Origin: Myxococcota bacterium
GTDB taxonomy: Bacteria > Myxococcota_A > UBA9160 > SZUA-336
Direction: 5' to 3'
Assembly (NCBI GenBank): GCA_035499075.1
Contig: DATJZN010000056.1
Location: 15,718-79,717 of the forward strand
DNA: 64,000 bases
The notes under the pieces are model-generated. The model was not told the origin of the DNA, did not search any database, and saw nothing but the letters and a program-made list of their open reading frames with translations. Positions within the stretch are counted from its first letter, which is position 1. The number at the start of each line of letters is the position of its first letter. A program made the position numbers and the translations under genes. This document shows, in pieces, positions 61,853-64,000 of this stretch.

Positions 61853-62101
61853 ATGTCGAAAAAAGATCTCATCACGGTCAGCGGCGCCATCGCCAAGATC
61901 CTCGGCGGGGGCCGCTACCTCGTGAAGCTCGAGAACGGCAGCGAGATCACGGCGCAGCTCTCGGGGCGCATGCGCCGCTTCCACATCCGCGTGATCCAGG
62001 GCGATCGGGTGCAGTGCGGCGTCTCGCCGTACGACCCCTCGCACGGGTTCATCACGTACCGCGAGCCGCCGGGCGGCTCGCCCCGCCCCGAGAACGGCTA
62101 G
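61853..62101 (+). CDS. infA: translation initiation factor IF-1
   Basis: MSKKDLITVSGAIAKILGGGRYLVKLENGSEITAQLSGRMRRFHIRVIQGDRVQCGVSPYDPSHGFITYRE is a canonical S1-fold IF-1, here with an ~11-aa C-terminal extension. Confidence 0.9.
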   Translation: MSKKDLITVSGAIAKILGGGRYLVKLENGSEITAQLSGRMRRFHIRVIQGDRVQCGVSPYDPSHGFITYREPPGGSPRPENG

Positions 62102-63225
62102 GCGCTCGCCGCCCGCTGGCCGCGGCCGATCTTCTTCCGCCCGCGGTTCAGCTCGACCAGCTCCGCCATCGCGGCGTCGGCGACGTCCTGCCCCACGACC
62201 TCGTCGCGCTCGCGGGAGAGCTCGTCCATGTCGACCCACATCGCGTAGGTGGCGCGCGTGCGCTCGGTGATGATGCCGGCCTTCAGCAGCGTCTTGATGA
62301 GCACGCGGAAGATGTTCGTGCTGCGCGTCATCATGCGGCGGCGGTCGGCGTCGCTGAACGCCTCGAGCACCGCGCCGCGCACCCACTGCCAGTCGAGGCC
62401 GAAGCGGCCGTAGATGTGCTGCTTCTGCTCCGAGTTCACCAGGTTGAAGAGCAGCGTCTGGAAGCACTTCGCCGCCCACGTCTCGACGCGCTCGTGCTCC
62501 TCTTCGCTGAGCTTCGGCACCGTGCGATCGGCCCAGATCTTCCCGAAGCGGTGGTGGAACGCTTCGTCGGTCATCACGAGCTGCACGGTGCGGCGCAGCA
62601 GCGGGTCCTCGGTCAGCGAATGGATCGTCGCGAACGCGCCCATGGCGAGGCCTTCGACGAGCATCTGCATGCCGACGAGCTTCTTGTACACCTCGGGCGC
62701 GAGCACGAGCTCCTCGAGCAGGTCGCCGAGCGTCGGGCCGACCGGCAGCGGCGTGCCGAAGCGCGACGCCACGTAGCGGGAGAACGCCGTGACGTGCCGC
62801 GCCTCTTCGCGCGCCTGGTTCGCGGCGTACTCCTGCGCACCGGGGTCGCGCAGGATCTGGCACAGCGACACCGACAGCGACAGCGCGCCCTGCTCGCCGT
62901 GCAGGATCGACGACAGGCTGAAGCGCGTGCTCTCGTTCGCGAGCTCGATCTGCTGCTGCGGCGTGAGCTTGTCGGCGACGGCGCAGTTCAGCTCGACCGT
63001 GAAGTCGCGCGGCATGATGAGGCGCTCGCGCACGTCGAACGCGCTCGAGAAGTCGACGTACGCCGGGTCGAGCGGGTCCCAGAAGTGGTCCTCGGTCGCC
63101 GAGATGATGGCGTCGAACGCGTCGCTGCGTTCGCCGTACCGGTCGACCTCGATCATGGCCGCGAAGTCGTCGCGGTCGACCGTGTCGTAGGCCTTGTTGT
63201 GCGTGATGTGCGACGCGGGATTCAT
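62098..63225 (-). CDS. ferritin-like di-iron carboxylate protein (AurF/N-oxygenase-like family), function unknown
   Basis: Two ExxH motifs with the expected spacing (...ANQAREEARHVTAF... and ...MTDEAFHHRFGK...). Start at the ATG at 63223-63225 (MNPASHITHNKAYDT), with a GGAGG ribosome-binding site. It overlaps the TetR stop (ATGA). The track's 54 upstream codons are the antisense/alternate frame of the TetR gene. Confidence 0.7.
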   Translation of the reverse strand: MNPASHITHNKAYDTVDRDDFAAMIEVDRYGERSDAFDAIISATEDHFWDPLDPAYVDFSSAFDVRERLIMPRDFTVELNCAVADKLTPQQQIELANESTRFSLSSILHGEQGALSLSVSLCQILRDPGAQEYAANQAREEARHVTAFSRYVASRFGTPLPVGPTLGDLLEELVLAPEVYKKLVGMQMLVEGLAMGAFATIHSLTEDPLLRRTVQLVMTDEAFHHRFGKIWADRTVPKLSEEEHERVETWAAKCFQTLLFNLVNSEQKQHIYGRFGLDWQWVRGAVLEAFSDADRRRMMTRSTNIFRVLIKTLLKAGIITERTRATYAMWVDMDELSRERDEVVGQDVADAAMAELVELNRGRKKIGRGQRAASA

Positions 63226-63887
63226 GAGGGCCCTCCTCGAATGCCGGAGAGTTGGAGATCGACCATCGTCTCGAGAACCGCGGCGCGCGGCGCACGCCCC
63301 GGAGCTTCCGCCCACCAGGACACGACGCGCGCCCACATGCCGACGATCGCCTGGGCCGCCACCGATGGCTGCAGCCCCGCTTTCCACTCGTCCGGCTCGG
63401 TGCAGAGCTCGAGCTCGAGGCGCGCGGCCAGGTGGTCGAGCGCGTCCGCGCCCACGCTCGCGCCCTCCGCGCCGCGGCCGAACGCGAGCCGCACGAGCCC
63501 GGTGTGCTCCTCCGCGAACGCGAGCAGCACCTCGGCGCGCGCGCGCGCGACCGCCTCGGGCCGGCCGCGCAGTGGGTGCACGTGTGTCTCGAAGCGCTGC
63601 TCGAGCTCGCCGACCGCTTCGAAGACGAGCTCGCGGAAGAGCTCCTCCTTGTCGGCGAAGTGCAGGTAGAACGTGCCGGCGGCGACGCCGGCCTGGGCGG
63701 CGACGTCGTGCGTGGTGACCGCGTGGAGCCCGCGCTCGGCGAACAGCTCGAGGCCGCTCTGGCGCAAGCGCTCGCGCGTGGCGGCGCGGGCGCGCTCGCT
63801 CGCGCGGCCGGCGCCGGGCTCCGCACTCGCGCGTGCGCGCGGCAGCGGCGTGCGCGATTTGCGGCTGCGCGTGCGACTGACAGCCAT
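63222..63887 (-). CDS. TetR/AcrR-family transcriptional regulator
   Basis: ...TRERLRQSGLELFAERGLHAVTTHDVAAQAGVAAGTFYLHFADKEELF... is a TetR N-terminal helix-turn-helix. Start at the ATG at 63885-63887, inside the palindrome. Confidence 0.8.
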   Translation of the reverse strand: MAVSRTRSRKSRTPLPRARASAEPGAGRASERARAATRERLRQSGLELFAERGLHAVTTHDVAAQAGVAAGTFYLHFADKEELFRELVFEAVGELEQRFETHVHPLRGRPEAVARARAEVLLAFAEEHTGLVRLAFGRGAEGASVGADALDHLAARLELELCTEPDEWKAGLQPSVAAQAIVGMWARVVSWWAEAPGRAPRAAVLETMVDLQLSGIRGGPS

Positions 63888-63894
63888 GTCAGTC
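63875..63894. promoter_or_regulatory. 20-bp perfect palindrome GACTGACA-GCCA-TGTCAGTC overlapping the TetR start codon (putative autoregulatory operator)
   Basis: The inverted repeat is centred on the TetR ATG (63885-63887). Further TGAC/GTCA half-sites lie at 63897-63910 (TGACAATAACGTCA). Confidence 0.5.
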
Positions 63895-64000
63895 GATGAC
63901 AATAACGTCAGCGGAGGGAGCCCGTCAAGCCGGCCGCGGCCGCCCTGGGCTTGGTGATCTGGGCCGGGATGCCGATCCGCCGCTGCGCTGCCTTCTCCAC

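Overview
This is a 64-kb window of very GC-rich (~70%) bacterial chromosome with strongly GC-biased third codon positions. Gene content and order (HAMP-PAS histidine kinase with a sigma-54 activator, gldA/F/G-like ABC transporter, TPR-containing Ser/Thr kinase, multiheme cytochrome) point to a Myxococcota-like organism; I cannot name a genus from sequence alone.

Most of the window is conserved housekeeping DNA:
- A compact purF-purL-purQ-purS-purB cluster, then cdsA, dut, hisG and hisE.
- The pnp-rpsO-truB-rbfA-DUF503-infB-nusA-rimP translation operon.
- pyrK-pyrD, ruvCAB-yebC, infA, aroE and gdh.

The less ordinary stretch is about 21.2-36.6 kb:
- An NtrY/NtrX-like two-component pair that appears co-operonic with a GNAT gene and pyrK-pyrD.
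- A single 7.76-kb gene, divergent from that pair, encoding a 2,586-aa protein made of TPR-like repeats along its entire length.
- An lpxC gene separated from any other lipid A gene, with an atypical low-GC leader.
- A membrane-anchored Hanks-type Ser/Thr kinase with its kinase domain at the C-terminus after roughly 560 aa of TPR/Sel1-like repeats.

Other notable items:
- A dedicated Hsp70 / J-domain protein pair, followed by a DUF35 Zn-ribbon protein, an SCP-x-type thiolase and an aldehyde dehydrogenase.
- A fusion of two TlpA-like thioredoxin domains to eight CxxCH heme motifs, heading an overlapping-gene operon of unrelated functions.
- Two palindromic operators, one MerR-type and one TetR-type.
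- A perfect 14-bp hairpin between two convergent genes.
- Several non-ATG starts (TTG, CTG).

I found no rRNA, tRNA, CRISPR array or mobile element. The many long antisense and alternate-frame ORFs in the supplied track are artefacts of the GC content.
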